DNA from: Rhizophagus irregularis
Taxonomy: Eukaryota
NCBI RefSeq assembly: GCF_026210795.1
Contig: NC_089429.1
Span: forward strand, 5,208,001-5,272,000
Reading direction: 5' to 3'
DNA: 64,000 bases
The translations under genes and the position numbers were made by a program. Shown here in pieces: positions 36,230 through 49,577 of this stretch. Each line of letters opens with the position of its first letter. Positions within the stretch are counted from its first letter, which is position 1. The notes below the pieces were generated by a model. It made no database searches. It saw only the letters and a program-made list of their open reading frames with translations, and had not been told where the DNA came from.

Positions 36230-39200
36230 ATGGATGAAAATACGGCTAATGGTGGGCAATCTGATGAAGAAGAAATCGTATCAATAGAAATAGAAGGAGA
36301 ATCAAAATTTTTGCCATTTTTTTTATCGCTTATAGAAAAATTGAGCAATATATATGATGAAATGATAGAAATATGTCAAACAGCGAAACATAATAAAGAG
36401 TCTTGTGAGTTAATATTAAATAGAGTAGGAAAAGCTGACATGTCTTTAAGTAATCTGAAAACTTACAGAAAAGGAAATTTAGAATATTTTTCAGAAGAAA
36501 ATTATAATAACTTGCATAAATTAGTTACTATTATAGGTAAAATGCGTGAATTTCTTACAAATCATTATAAAAAAAATCCTGAAGATTTAAGTAATGAATT
36601 CGATTTTACGGTTCAACTTCTGGATTTGAATTTAGAAACCCCATTTTCAAATTTTTTACCATGTGATAAAAATTTGAAATTCTTGCCGCTTATAAGAGAA
36701 GTGACCAAAATATATGACGAGATATCAGAAATACATCAATCAGCTCAATATAATAAAAAAACATGTTTGTTAATGTTAAAAAAAGTAGAAATAGCTGTTA
36801 CGGCTTTGAATAATTTAAGAATTCATAGTAAGGAAAATTTTAGATATCTTTCAAGAGAAAATTATATTAATTTATGTAGTTTAATTACGATTATTGGTAA
36901 AATATGTAAATTACTGACAGAAATTTCTCGGTTCGAAAGTTACCAGAAGTTTATTCAAATTGAAAAAAATATTGAAATTTTTAGAGGTTTAAATAATGAT
37001 TTTAATTCTACTGTTCGACTTCTGGATTTTTCTTTAATCATTTCACCTACCGATTCACTAGTTTGTACCGGAACAGAATCCGCATCTAAAATAGAAGTAC
37101 CATTTGCAAGTTTTTTATCACTTATAGAAGAAATGAACAAATTATATAATGATATAGTTGAAATACATGAGAATGCGCAATATAATAAAAATACATGCGA
37201 GACAATGTTAGAAAGAGTACGAATAGCTATCACAGCTATAGGAAATTTAAAAATTCGAAATTTAGAATTTTTTTCGAAAAAAAATTTTAATAATTTTCAT
37301 AATTTAGTAGCTGTTATTAGTGAGATGCGCCATTTTCTTGCAGATATTTCTCAAGGTTCTAAAAAATATGTTCAGGCTAAAGATATTAATGAAAAATTTA
37401 TTAATTTGATTGACGAATTTGAAACTGCCATTCGACTTCTGCAATTTCATTTAATTATTTATTTTGCTGCACGTGATAATGATGATGAGAATGAAAGGAT
37501 TAGAGCTGATATCGAAGAGGTAAATACCAATCAATCCTTTCAACCGTTTTAAATTTTTTTTTTTACTCAATGTATATTTATCTAAAATTAGGAATGGATC
37601 AAAAAGAAAATAGAGGATGCAGATATTCTTTATTTTGAATATAGCGAATTTATTGGAATTGAAGAGATTGGCAAAGGAGGATTCGGTATTGTGAATAAGG
37701 CGGAAACTAGTGATAAAAAACTAGTTGCATTAAAAGGCCTTATCGAAAAGAAAAATTCAAAATTTGAAGAAAATATTATTAAAAGTTTTGTAGAAGAGGT
37801 AAGAACTATATTTATATTATACACTGGGCGTACAATAGAAAATATTAATGTTACCTTTTTTTAGTTAAAACTCCTTCGTACTATTAGTTATCACGATAAT
37901 ATCAATAGTTTTCTTGGGATAACAAAAGGTGTGTACTGTTTTTTAAATAATTTAAATAATTTTCAAATATATCTAATGGTTTAATAAATAGATTACGCTG
38001 AGAATTATATTATGGTATTGGAATACGCCAATAATGGAAATCTAAGAGATTATCTAAAAGGAAAATTTGATTCATTGCGATGGGAAAATAAGATTCAAAT
38101 GGCGTTGGATATCACATGTGGGTTAAAATGTTTACACTCTAAGAATATAATCCATAGAGACTTGGTAAATTAGTAATTTATTTTTGTAATATTTTGCTTA
38201 AATGATAATTCTTAATAATATTAACAATTATCTTTATAGCATTCAAAGAATATATTAGTGAGTGATGGTAAATTGTTAATTGCCGACTTTGGATTATCTA
38301 AACAAATAACAGAAGCTACGTCTAATTCAAAAGCTAATAGCATTGGAATTATTGAATATGTTGAACCACAATGTTTAAAGAGTGTACGTAATGCACACTC
38401 CTTTTATAAAAAGGATCAAAGGTCTGATATCTATAGTTTAGGTGTTTTATTATGGGAAATTACAAGTGGACGTCCTCCTTTTCACAACACAGAAGAACGA
38501 GATTGGTTAGGTTATCACATTTATCATTCGGATCTTAGAGAAAATCCAATTGAAGATACGCCTTTAGAGTATAGTCGACTTTATCAAAAATGTTGGGATG
38601 GTGATCCAGAGAAAAGACCGGATATTGATCAAGTATATGACGATATATTTAGTCAATTTAATGAGGTAATAATATTATTAAAATTTTTTTTTTTAAGAAA
38701 TTACTCATGATACATTATCGCACTTTAAATTAGGAATTTATCAAAAGGAGAATGAAAGAGGAAAAAATTCGTTATTTTGAATATAGTGAATTCAATAATA
38801 TTAAAATAATTGGTGACGGTGTTGTGAATAAAGCAGAAGCATATGATAAAAATCAGGTTGCACTAAAATGTTTCATCCAAAAGAAAAGTCCGGCATTTAA
38901 AGAAAAATTTATTGAAAACCTTGTAAAGCAGGTGAGAATTATCTTTAAATCCATCATCATAGACATATAGCATGTTATATAACATTGGAGTCATATTTCG
39001 TTTTTAGTTGAAACTCCTTTACACGGTTAGCCGTCACGAGTACATCAATAGTTTTTTCGGAATATCGAACGGTTTGTGCAGTTCTGCTAATATCTTTAAA
39101 TAGTTATATGATAAATTTTATTAATTTTAATTAAATTTTAATGAACAGATAATATTAGTTATTTCATGGTGTTTGAATACGCAAATGATGGAAATTTAAG

Positions 39201-41271
39201 AGATTATTTGAAAGAAAAACTTAATATATTACAATGGGAAAATAAGATTCGAATGGCGTTGGATATCACATGTGGATTAAAACATTTACACTCTATGAAT
39301 ATAATTCATAGAAACTTGGTAAATAAGTTATCTATTTTTATAAGATTTTTTTAAACGATAATAATCCTAATAACAATAATAATTATCTTTATAGCACTCA
39401 AAAAATATATTAGTAAACAATGGTAGATTATTAATTGCAGACACAGAAGCTATACCTAAATTTGGAATACCTAAAATAAAAGATGAAAAAAAACATAAAC
39501 TAACGGATAATAGAATTGAAATTATTGGATATATTGACCCACAATGTCTTAAGGATATAAATTATAAAAGAGATAAAAAGTCCGATATCTATAGTTTAAG
39601 TGTTTTATTATGGGAAATTACAAGCGGACGTCCCCCCTTTTCTAACATCTCACAAAAAGAAGGTAGTTTACGTGATGACATTGGTCATAAGAATCTTAGA
39701 GAAAAACCAGTTGATGGTACACCTTTAGAGTATCAACAACTTTATGAAAAATGTTGGGATATTGATCCAGGGAAAAGACCCGATGTTGATCAAGTTTACA
39801 ATGAAATTTTAAGTCAGTTTAATGAGGTAATATTATTTATTTCAAAAAAAAAATTAGATTCTATCCTTTTTAAAAATTATTCATTACGCATTGCTGCATT
39901 AAAAACTAGGAATTGATCGAAAGGAAAATGAAAAAAGAAGACGTTCGTTACTTTGAATATAGTGAGTTTAACAAAGTTGAAAAAATTGAAGGAGGACACG
40001 GTGTTGTGAATAAAGCGGAAACTAATAAAAAACAAGTTGCACTAAAATATCTCGTGGGAACTAAAATTTCAAAATTTGAAGAAAAGGCTATTGAAAACTT
40101 GGCAAAGCAGGTGATAACTATATTTAAATTTGTCGTATTATAAAGTGTACATATAGCGTATAATAAAAAGATTGATATGTTTCTTTTTTAGTTAAAATAC
40201 TTTTGCACAGTTAGCTGTCACTATAACATCAATAATTTTCTTGGAATTTCAAAAGGTTTGTGTCAATATTTCTGAATAGTTATATTTATAAAATTCGTTC
40301 TAACTTATGTTGAGTAGATGATATTGCTTATGTCGTGGTACTGGAATACACCAATAATGGAAATTTAAGAGATTTTTTAAAAGAAAATTTTGGTTCATTA
40401 CAATGGGAAAATAAGATTCGAATGGCGTTGGATATTACACGAGGATTAAAATATTTACATTCCAAGAACATAATCCATAAAAACTTGGTAAATAAGTTAT
40501 TTATTTTTATAGTATTTCCTTAAATGATATCAAGTTTTAATAACGCCAAAATTATCTTTATAGCACTCAAATAATATATTAGTGGATGATGATAAATTAT
40601 TAATTGCGGACTTTGGATTACTTAGACCAGCTACATCTAATTCAAAGGGTAATATAATTGGAAACATTGGGTATATTGACTCGCAATGTTGTAAGGATAT
40701 ATGTCATAAAAGTGATAAAAAGTCCGATATCTATAGTTTAGGTGTTTTATTATGGGAAATTACAAGCGGACATCCTCCCTTTTATAACATCTCACAAAAA
40801 GGAGATAGTTTATATGATGACATTGGTCATAAGAATCTTAGAGAAAAACCAATTGATGGTACACCTTTAGAATATCAACAACTTTATGAAAAATGCTGGG
40901 ATGGTGATCCAGGGAAAAGACCTAATGCTAATCAAGTTTACAATGAAATTTTAAGTCAAGCTAATACCGAGGATACCCACGAAAAACATGAAGATTCCTT
41001 GGTGACTTCTAATAGTAATAATTTTAATGATTTAGAATATCAACAACTTTTTGAAAAATGTTGGGATGATGTTCCGGGAAAAAGACCCGATGATATTCAC
41101 GAAAAACATGAAGATTCCTTAGTGATTTCTAATAGAAATAATTTTAATGATTTACATAAACAATCAGGCCAACCAGATCTATGCATAGAAAACAAGGAGA
41201 CTAGCAACTCTCTATGCATAGAAAGCGATTTTATGTTATCTAAAAATCAAAATCAAATAATGTTTAATTAA
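36230..41271 (+). CDS. Three MLKL-NTD-like helical domains + kinase + two pseudokinases
   Basis: Exon 1 (36230-37519) has three repeats of FL.LI.E..K.Y.E..EI...A..NK..C. Three kinase cassettes share the same intron positions and are joined in frame by introns 38666-38733 and 39827-39909. K1 has GKGGFG/HRDL/DFG; K2 HRNL; K3 HKNL. Confidence 0.85.
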
Positions 41272-42149
41272 GTTGGTTTTGCTAATAAATTTTTTTAAAT
41301 GACATTATCAGGGATAAAATGAAAAGGAAAGACTCACCATAAATGCAGAAAAAGAAACCAATAAATTACACTATAAATATGATTCATTCTGGAAAACAAA
41401 AATTATTAGTACAGTATAATGACCCAATCCGAAATTTTAATTGATTTCGATAAAAAAAAATTTTGCTTTCTATGTATAAATAATGAACGATAAAGAGAAT
41501 TTTCTATCTTTGTTTCATGTAAATATTGTTTTGGCAAAATTCAGATGACTATTTCATAAAAATACACTCTCAATATGATTACAAATTTATAATGTTTATT
41601 TTTTTTTGAATTTTCATTTTATATAGTATACGCGATTCTAATAAATAAATTCTTTTATTTCCAACTTAATAATATAAAACTCGGAAAATCTCATGAAAGA
41701 AGTTTGGTATTGACGAATACCTTATGAAATTATTTATTTATGGCAGAAAATTATTTATATTAACCATGAATATACAGTATTATATGGCAAATTTTTTAAT
41801 TTCGGTAAATTAACAATTGTAAACTTAATCGATAAATGAAATGCCGAGGGTCATTTTGAAGATGGATGAAATCATGAAAATTTTTTTTTTTATTTTGTCC
41901 GAAATATGATTGGTTGTTGTGTATTAATCTGAGGGGGATTACGACTTAACTTTTATGAATGTTCTTTCAAGGCTTACGATGGCTTGAAATAAAACTTTTT
42001 TATTTTCCTTAATAATTCCAGACAAATTAAGGGGAGCTTTTAATAATATGACAATAGATATAATATCAAGTTGTAACGATTTAAATAGAGTACAAACATA
42101 GTTGGCATGTCCATGTCCATCGATAATAAGTTTCTTCAAAAGAAAATTA

Positions 42150-42420
42150 TATCAATTTTAGTAAGTAACTTGATTGCTGTTATTAGCAATTAATGAAGTT
42201 TCTGAATCGAAAGGTTTCTAAAGATATTAAAGAAAAGTGTTGGTGATTTAAATGACGAATTTGAATCTATTATCTCTGCGATTGTTTTGAATTATTTACC
42301 GTATTTTAATTAATATCGAAACGAATAGGAAAAGCATTTCGTTGATAATTTATCAATTTGAATAATAATATGTCGACTTATTCGTGAACTAAAGGATGAT
42401 GATAATGCTGATCTTAAAAA
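42150..42420 (+). pseudogene. Relic of an MLKL-like N-terminal exon
   Basis: gctgttattagc, aaagatattaaagaaaa and gacgaatttgaa remnants resemble 37310-37500. Confidence 0.5.
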
Positions 42421-42528
42421 AAGTTATATAGGAAGGTGATACGGCGTTTGTGATACTTATTTTCTAGTATATATATCAATGATTTTTTTTTTCTTTCCAT
42501 AATTATTAAAAAAATTTTCTTTTTAATT

Positions 42529-44798
42529 ATGAATGAAAATAATAAAAATTTAGTTGATAATAATCAAGCACCAACATCCGATAATGCTGTAGATATCGTA
42601 GCAAAAGGTTTAATGAGTTCAGATTCGAATTTTTTACAATTAATAGAAGAAGTGACCAAAATATATAATGAAATAGTAGAAATATATCAAACAGCAGAAC
42701 GAAATAAAAAAATATGTGAAGATATATTAAATAGGGTACAAGTAGCTGAAGCATCTGTAAGAAATTTAAAAGATCGTAAGGAATTTTTTACAGAAGAGAA
42801 TTATATTAAATTATATAGATTAGTTAATATTATACGTAAAATGCGACAATTTCTTGTAGAAATTACTCAATTAAAAGGTCTTAAAAAATATATTCATAGT
42901 AAAGCTATTCAAGAAATTTTTAATAATTTAGTTAATGAATTTGAAGCTACCATACGAATTTTACAAGTTTCTATATCCTTAGAATCATCAACTAGCGCGG
43001 AAGAATTAACGCTCAGTACAGTTTGTGCTGGTAGAGAAGCTGCATCTAAAGTAGAAATACCATTCGCAGATTTTTTACAACTTATAGATGAAGTGACCAA
43101 ATTATATAATGAAATAGTAGAAATATATCAAAAAGCTGAACATAATAAAAGAATATGTGAAGCAATGTTAAATAGAGTAAAGATAGCTGATACGGCTTTA
43201 AAAAATTTAAGAATTAGAAATTTGGATTTTTTTTCAAAAAAAAATTATGATAACTTTCGTAATTTGGTTATTATCATTAAAGAAATACGTCAATTTCTTA
43301 TAGAAATTACTAAATCAAGTGGATTTGAAAAACTTACAGGGACTTCATCAATTAACGAAAATTTCAGTAATTTAATTGATAAATTTGAATCTGCTATTAA
43401 ACCCTTGCAATTTTCCTTAATTATTTATTTTAATGCTGATGATTATAAAAAGGTTAAAACTGATGTCAAAGATTTAACTGCTGAGGTAAATTATTATTAG
43501 ATAATTTATTATATTCTTTTTTTTATTAAAAAAATTACTCACGATAAATTACTATACTCAAAAACTAGGAATGGATTAAAAAGAAAATGAAAGAAGAAGA
43601 TATCAAATATTTTGAGTATAGTGAATTTAACAAAATTAAAAAAATTGGCGAAGGAGGATTTGGTGTTGTGAATAGAGCGGAAACTAATGATAAAGTACAA
43701 GTTGCACTAAAAGGTCTTATCGAAAAGAAAAGTTCAAAAATTGAAGAAAATGTTATTGAAAACTTTGTAAAGGAGGTGAGAATTACTGTGTATTTTAGAT
43801 TCCCCGTATTATATAGCGAGGCGTTTAATTAACGTGATCCTTTCCTTAGCTAAAGAATCTTCGTAAGGTTGCTCATCATGTTAATATCATTAGTTTTCTT
43901 GGAATATCAAAGGGTTTGCATTAAGATTTTTTAAGTAGTTTATTTAATTCATCCTTTATCAGCTAATATTAATCTTTTCATTACCGGTTTTAATTATATT
44001 AAATTTAAATGTATAGATGATATTGGTTATGTCATGGTATTGGAATACGCCAATGAAGGAAATTTAAGGGATTATTTTAAAAGAAAATTTGATTCATTGC
44101 AGTGGGAAAATAAGATTCGAATGGCGTTGGATATTACGTGTGGATTAAAATGTTTACACTCTGACGGCATAATCCATAGAGACTTGGTAAATCATTAATT
44201 TATTTATTATAATATTTTTATTATAATATTACGTTAATTAATATTGTAATTATCTTTAAAGCACTCAAAAAATATATTAGTAAATAATGGTAGACTATTA
44301 ATTGCAGATTTTGGATTGTCTAAGCGATTAACGGAAGTTACATCTAGTTCAAAATCTAATAATATTGGAATTATTGAATATGTCGAACCACAATGTTTAA
44401 GGAGTGTAAATTATGTAAAAGATAAAAGGTCTGATGTATACAGTTTAGGTGTTTTATTATGGGAAATTACAAGTGGGCATCCTCCCTTTCATACGGTAGA
44501 ACGAGATATGTTAGGTTATCATATTAGTCATGAGAATCTTAGAGAAGAACCAATTGATGGTACACCTTCAGAGTACAGACAACTTTATCAAAAATGTTGG
44601 GATGGCGATCCAGAGAAAAGACCTAATATTAATGATGTATACAATGAAATTTTACGACAATATGCCAATGATGCTAACGAACAACAAGAAGATCCATTAG
44701 CTGCATCTATTAGTGATAATCTTAATAGTTTATATAAACAATCAGGCCAATTAGGTCTATGCATAGAAACCTGCTCGATTGACTGTAATCGTCAATAA
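42529..44798 (+). CDS. Two MLKL-NTD-like domains + one TKL-like kinase
   Basis: Exon 1 to 43485 with two helical repeats; GEGGFG, VALK, HRDL|HSKN, DFG, YVEPQ, DVYSLG; same intron positions as the upstream paralog. Confidence 0.88.
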
Positions 44799-45709
44799 CG
44801 TATAGTTATTTATTTGAATTTGTTACAATATTTTCAATATTAGTAAGAGGGTTGAACTGTTAGGATGAAACGTGATCGTGATGTGATAATGTATTATGAA
44901 TACAAAAAAGAAAGTATATAATAAATATTATTTATGAGAAATAGCAATTGGGTAGAATATAAAGATATTTTAAATTATGTTCATTGTATTGGCTTTAAAG
45001 CTGGACCGAGAAATCAACATGTCTCTATCCCCCACTAGCAGGTATTAACTCTCACTCTGGAGGATCTGTAGACCTAGCTATCCGTCATAAATATATACGC
45101 CAAATATATTTGCAAATTTACTTTATTTTTTATACATTATTATTTAACGTGAATTTTTAAATCCTTTTAATTCTAACTATCGTAAAAGCACGAAATCAGG
45201 GATCTCATCGAAAGGATTTGAGATATTGGCAAAGAATAGCGAAATTTTTGTAATTAAAAAACAATTTATGCCAGAATGCGCAAAATTACACATAAATCAA
45301 TAATCAATTGGCATATTATAGTGCCAAAAGTGTAAAATAATTAAATAACGTAAATTTTTTTTTGCATCAACCGATGTTTCAATGCATCGATTTATGCAAG
45401 TTTTGATCAAAATAATTTTTTTTTTCTTGAAATCCTTCCATTACTAATAAATGATGAATGACAAGTTGATAACACATGTTTACAGTAGTTTGGATAAGAT
45501 GTAATCGTTTTATAATGATCGTTGATGCGTCAGCATTAGGTAATACTGGAGACGTATAGAGGTAGAATTAAAACAGAAAACAGAATTATTATAAGCCAAT
45601 CAAAAATTTTATTACTTACAGGAAAAGAAAACAAAAGTTAATCATTGTAAAAATGTATAAATTATATTGGACACCAATAAAATAGAACGTGATATAACCA
45701 ATTTTAAAT

Positions 45710-46640
45710 AGGGTACGCTCGTAATTAACTTGAAGTTTTAATTTTTTTTTCTCGGAAATTTTCTTAACTTGATTGCTTAATGTTAAATTTCTTGACGAAA
45801 CTCTTTCTATATAATGATGTTAAAAAAGTACTTCGATCTGCTATTCTTCTGCGATTATCTTTTATTTCAATTGATGTAGACGCGATTCTTCTTATATTCA
45901 AATTTCAAAAAAAAAAAAATACTTGAAAGCGGAATAGTTAAAGAAAAATAAAGATGATGACGTTAATTATTTGAATATAGAGAATTTGGCAACATTAAAC
46001 GAAATTTGTAAAGAAGATCCCGTATTGCGTATAGAGCGACAAATCAAAAGATCACAAGATCACATCGGAAGAAAAAGTCCAAAAGTTGAAGAAAATGATA
46101 AAATTATTTTTAAATCCGATGATGTAATATAATGTAAAGAAAAAAATCTAATTTTTATTTTATTTTTTACTATTCCACCAAAACTTTGTATGATTCACGC
46201 TCATTAAAATATAATTCGTTGGAAATCATGTCATGCTTTCTGCGATCTTTATAAATATTTATTTCTGAAGTATTTCTGACCAAATTTTATTAAGAAAAAT
46301 ATATTGCAATTTATAATTTAATAAAAATATGAAAATTATATTTAGAACCAAAATAACCAAAATCAAAATTATTCAGCATATTTTTGATTGGTCAGTAAAA
46401 ATTAAGTACAATCAAAATATCGCGTAATTTAGGTAATTTATCAATTATCCTTACAATCTGTTGATTTAATTATATTAATATCTGATATGAACAATCTTAT
46501 TGGTTATGAAGAATATGTTAATGAAGGAAATTAAATAAATTGTGTACAATAGAGAAATTTCATTAGAACGAGAAGATTCAAATGATAATGAATATTATTT
46601 GTATATTGAAAAATAAACATTTACACTAAAAACGTAATCT
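45710..46640 (+). pseudogene. Heavily decayed MLKL-like kinase relic
   Basis: cttgacgaa..cttcgatctgctatt, aaagaaaaataaagatgatgacgttaattatttgaatatag, gaatatgttaatgaaggaaat, aagattcaaatg and tttacact remnants in paralog order. Confidence 0.6.
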
Positions 46641-47601
46641 AGAACTTCATCGAACTTTTTTATACCTACAAACAGCATTTGCAGAAAAAAATTCACGTAT
46701 AAATTTACCAATAAGAGTTCGACAATTGCAACGAGATTATAACGTAGTAATCCATCGTGATGAGGAAATTTCATGACGTAATAACGTGTAATATTTAGAT
46801 CACTTTATGCATTAAGAATGATCTTAATTGAAATTGGATTAGATTTCTCAATCGTAGGTAATATGCATTCCACATAAAAACGTGTTTTATATTTATTTTC
46901 CGTAAATGTAAAATGTAGTCGCATTATCGCATATTCATTCATTGGAAGCTTGCTTACCGATCACGTGACAAATTCATGATTTTTAAAGAAATATAGAGAT
47001 AAAATGAGCAAAATTTTTTTATGAGATATATTAATCGAGCCGGCGTCGAACGAGCAATATTTTATAGACTTTACTGAATATTTTATAAATACATACTGCA
47101 TGGGTAGCGTTTTAGTAACTCGAAAAGGATTAAATAGAGGAAAAAAGGTTATATATTCCAAAGAAGAAAGCGTTATTGATGAACGAAATAATCTTTTAAA
47201 TTTCCGTCTTAATTTGGTACAAAAATCAATTTGCATGGCAATGAAATGAAGTTAATTAGTTTAAAGTTGATTCGCATGAAAATTTGAAAAATATATAAAA
47301 AAAAGGAATAGCTAGCAGATGATAAAGATGTAGTAGAGTACACAATATTTAAAAGAACCGCTCATAATAACAAAATCCCGAGTTTAATTACACTGAACCA
47401 ACCAGACCTTTATTATTATATAATGCTAATAAAGAGGAGGAAAAAAAACTGTATAAGCGCACTGCGTACTTGATTTATTTTTTTCTTTGAAATTGATACC
47501 AGTATTACTAACAACATAGGAAATATAAAGTTTTTCAAGAAATTATTTAAAAACATTTATCCTTATAAAAAATCAATTATTATAAATATATGTGGTTGCT
47601 G

Positions 47602-49577
47602 TTAGATGAAAAAATTTCCATGTTGATCATCCACCACATTTTTAATTTGTATTTTCTCATTCGTATCATTAATCTGTATTCCTACAAACTTTCCATTTCT
47701 CACCAAATTATCCATAGTAGGTCCAATAAGTTTTCTAATAAAATCAACAGCAACTTCCCTTCCACCATCCATAATTATAGCTGCCAATAATGACGTCAAA
47801 ACATTAGCTATTTCTTTTTCACTCAAAAATGATTTTCTAGCATAAACTAGATCTTGTAATTTCAACATCTTGGCAAATTTACAAAGTCTATAATTACTAC
47901 ATAAATAATTGTGAATTTGTTCAAGTAAATCCGGTGTTAATTGATCTTTAAATTTTTCATACGCCATTTGTGAAATTGTTGTACTTAAAATACAATCACC
48001 AAAAATTTCAAGTCTCACATAATCAAAACAATTTTGATGATCAGGGAGAACTGATCTGTGAGTGAGAGCTAACTCCAAATACTTTGGATTTTTAAAGACA
48101 GGTATTTGAACTATAGACGACCCAATATGATCATTTTGATCATTCGAAAAGGCTTGATAAAAAATATTATTAAAAAAGTTATAAATAAATAAATTAATAA
48201 ATTAAAACAAAAAATATTATATTATTTTTCATTACCGTATGAATTTCGAAAACTTGATGAGGAACGTTCGCTACCTTTAACACGTTTTTTGGAATTTTGA
48301 CCATCATTATCGAGCTCTTCTAATCGATGTTTAGCAGTATTCAACATAAATTTTTTGAAATCATCCCGATCGAACCAATTTATCATTAAATTATCTTGAG
48401 TTTGAACAGATTTCAATCTAGAATTTAAAGAAATTCTTTCGTTCATTACATTATTTTCATCATCACTTAATATAGGCGATTTTACTCGTGGTCTAACATT
48501 ATCATCGTTATCTAAATCAATGGGAAATTCTGGAGTTCCGAATTGTGATCTTGCCTGTTTACCCTTCTTTTTGTTCTTTTTGTTCTTTATAAAAGAAGTT
48601 TTATCAGTATTGGCAATATTTGTTACGACGGCCAACTCTCCTTGCGTTATTGAAATTTTCTGATCTTCTTTGCATGTATTTAAACGATTTTCTTGAGATG
48701 ATTGAACTTGAGCTTGAGATGATTGAACCACTGGTGATGAAGAATCCTGTTCAAAACAAAATTTATCAATTAAAGTGATCATAGACCTTCGCGCATCTTC
48801 AACAGCTTTATGAAAAGGTTCTATCGAATCCTGATTCGACTTTTGTTGCGATTTTATATCAGGAATAAAATTATCATCTGAATTTGAAGAATCTGTTATA
48901 GTGTTATCATGTATATCACAATCTTCTGGTAAAGTAGAAAATTCTGCAGCATCAATTTCAAAACATTCTTTTTCATTAAATTCTTTATTATCAACTTTAT
49001 CGGAAATTTGAAAATTTTTTTCAGCAGGTTTTGTTGAAACTGAATCTAATTCTGTATCAGTATCCATTTCAATAAATTCATCAGATGAATAACCGGATTG
49101 AATAGGATTCTTCATAATAGCCGCTTTATAAGCTTTATATCTTTTACGATAACTTTCACTAACAATATCTGAAGGAATTTTTAATTTAAATATAGGAACT
49201 TTCTTTTGTGAAGGTTTTTTTGATCTTATAAATGTTTCTGGATTATCAAATTTTTCAGTTTCATTTTCTAAATTTTCTAATGATGGTTTCTTTCGAATTT
49301 TTTCATCTTTTTCATTTTTTGATAAATATTTATCATCAGATTTTGTCAATAAATCTCTTGTAGTAGTAGTTGTAGTTGTAGTAGTATTTGTTGTATTTGT
49401 TGTATTTGTTGTTGTTGTAGTTGTTGTTGTAGTAGTATTTTCTATAATATTATTATTATCTTTTTCAGATTCTTCTTCATTTATAGTAGCCTGAGGATTA
49501 CTACAATCTTTATAACAACATAAACTATGAATAATACCCTTTTTATCAGTTACCATGTAATGACTGTGAAACACCAT
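47602..49577 (-). CDS. RNase III-domain protein with long low-complexity N-terminus; probably catalytically inactive
   Basis: Intron 48235-48153 joins both ORFs in frame; FKNPKYLELALTHRS and VRLEIFGD signature; second acidic motif reads IANVLTSL. Confidence 0.8.
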
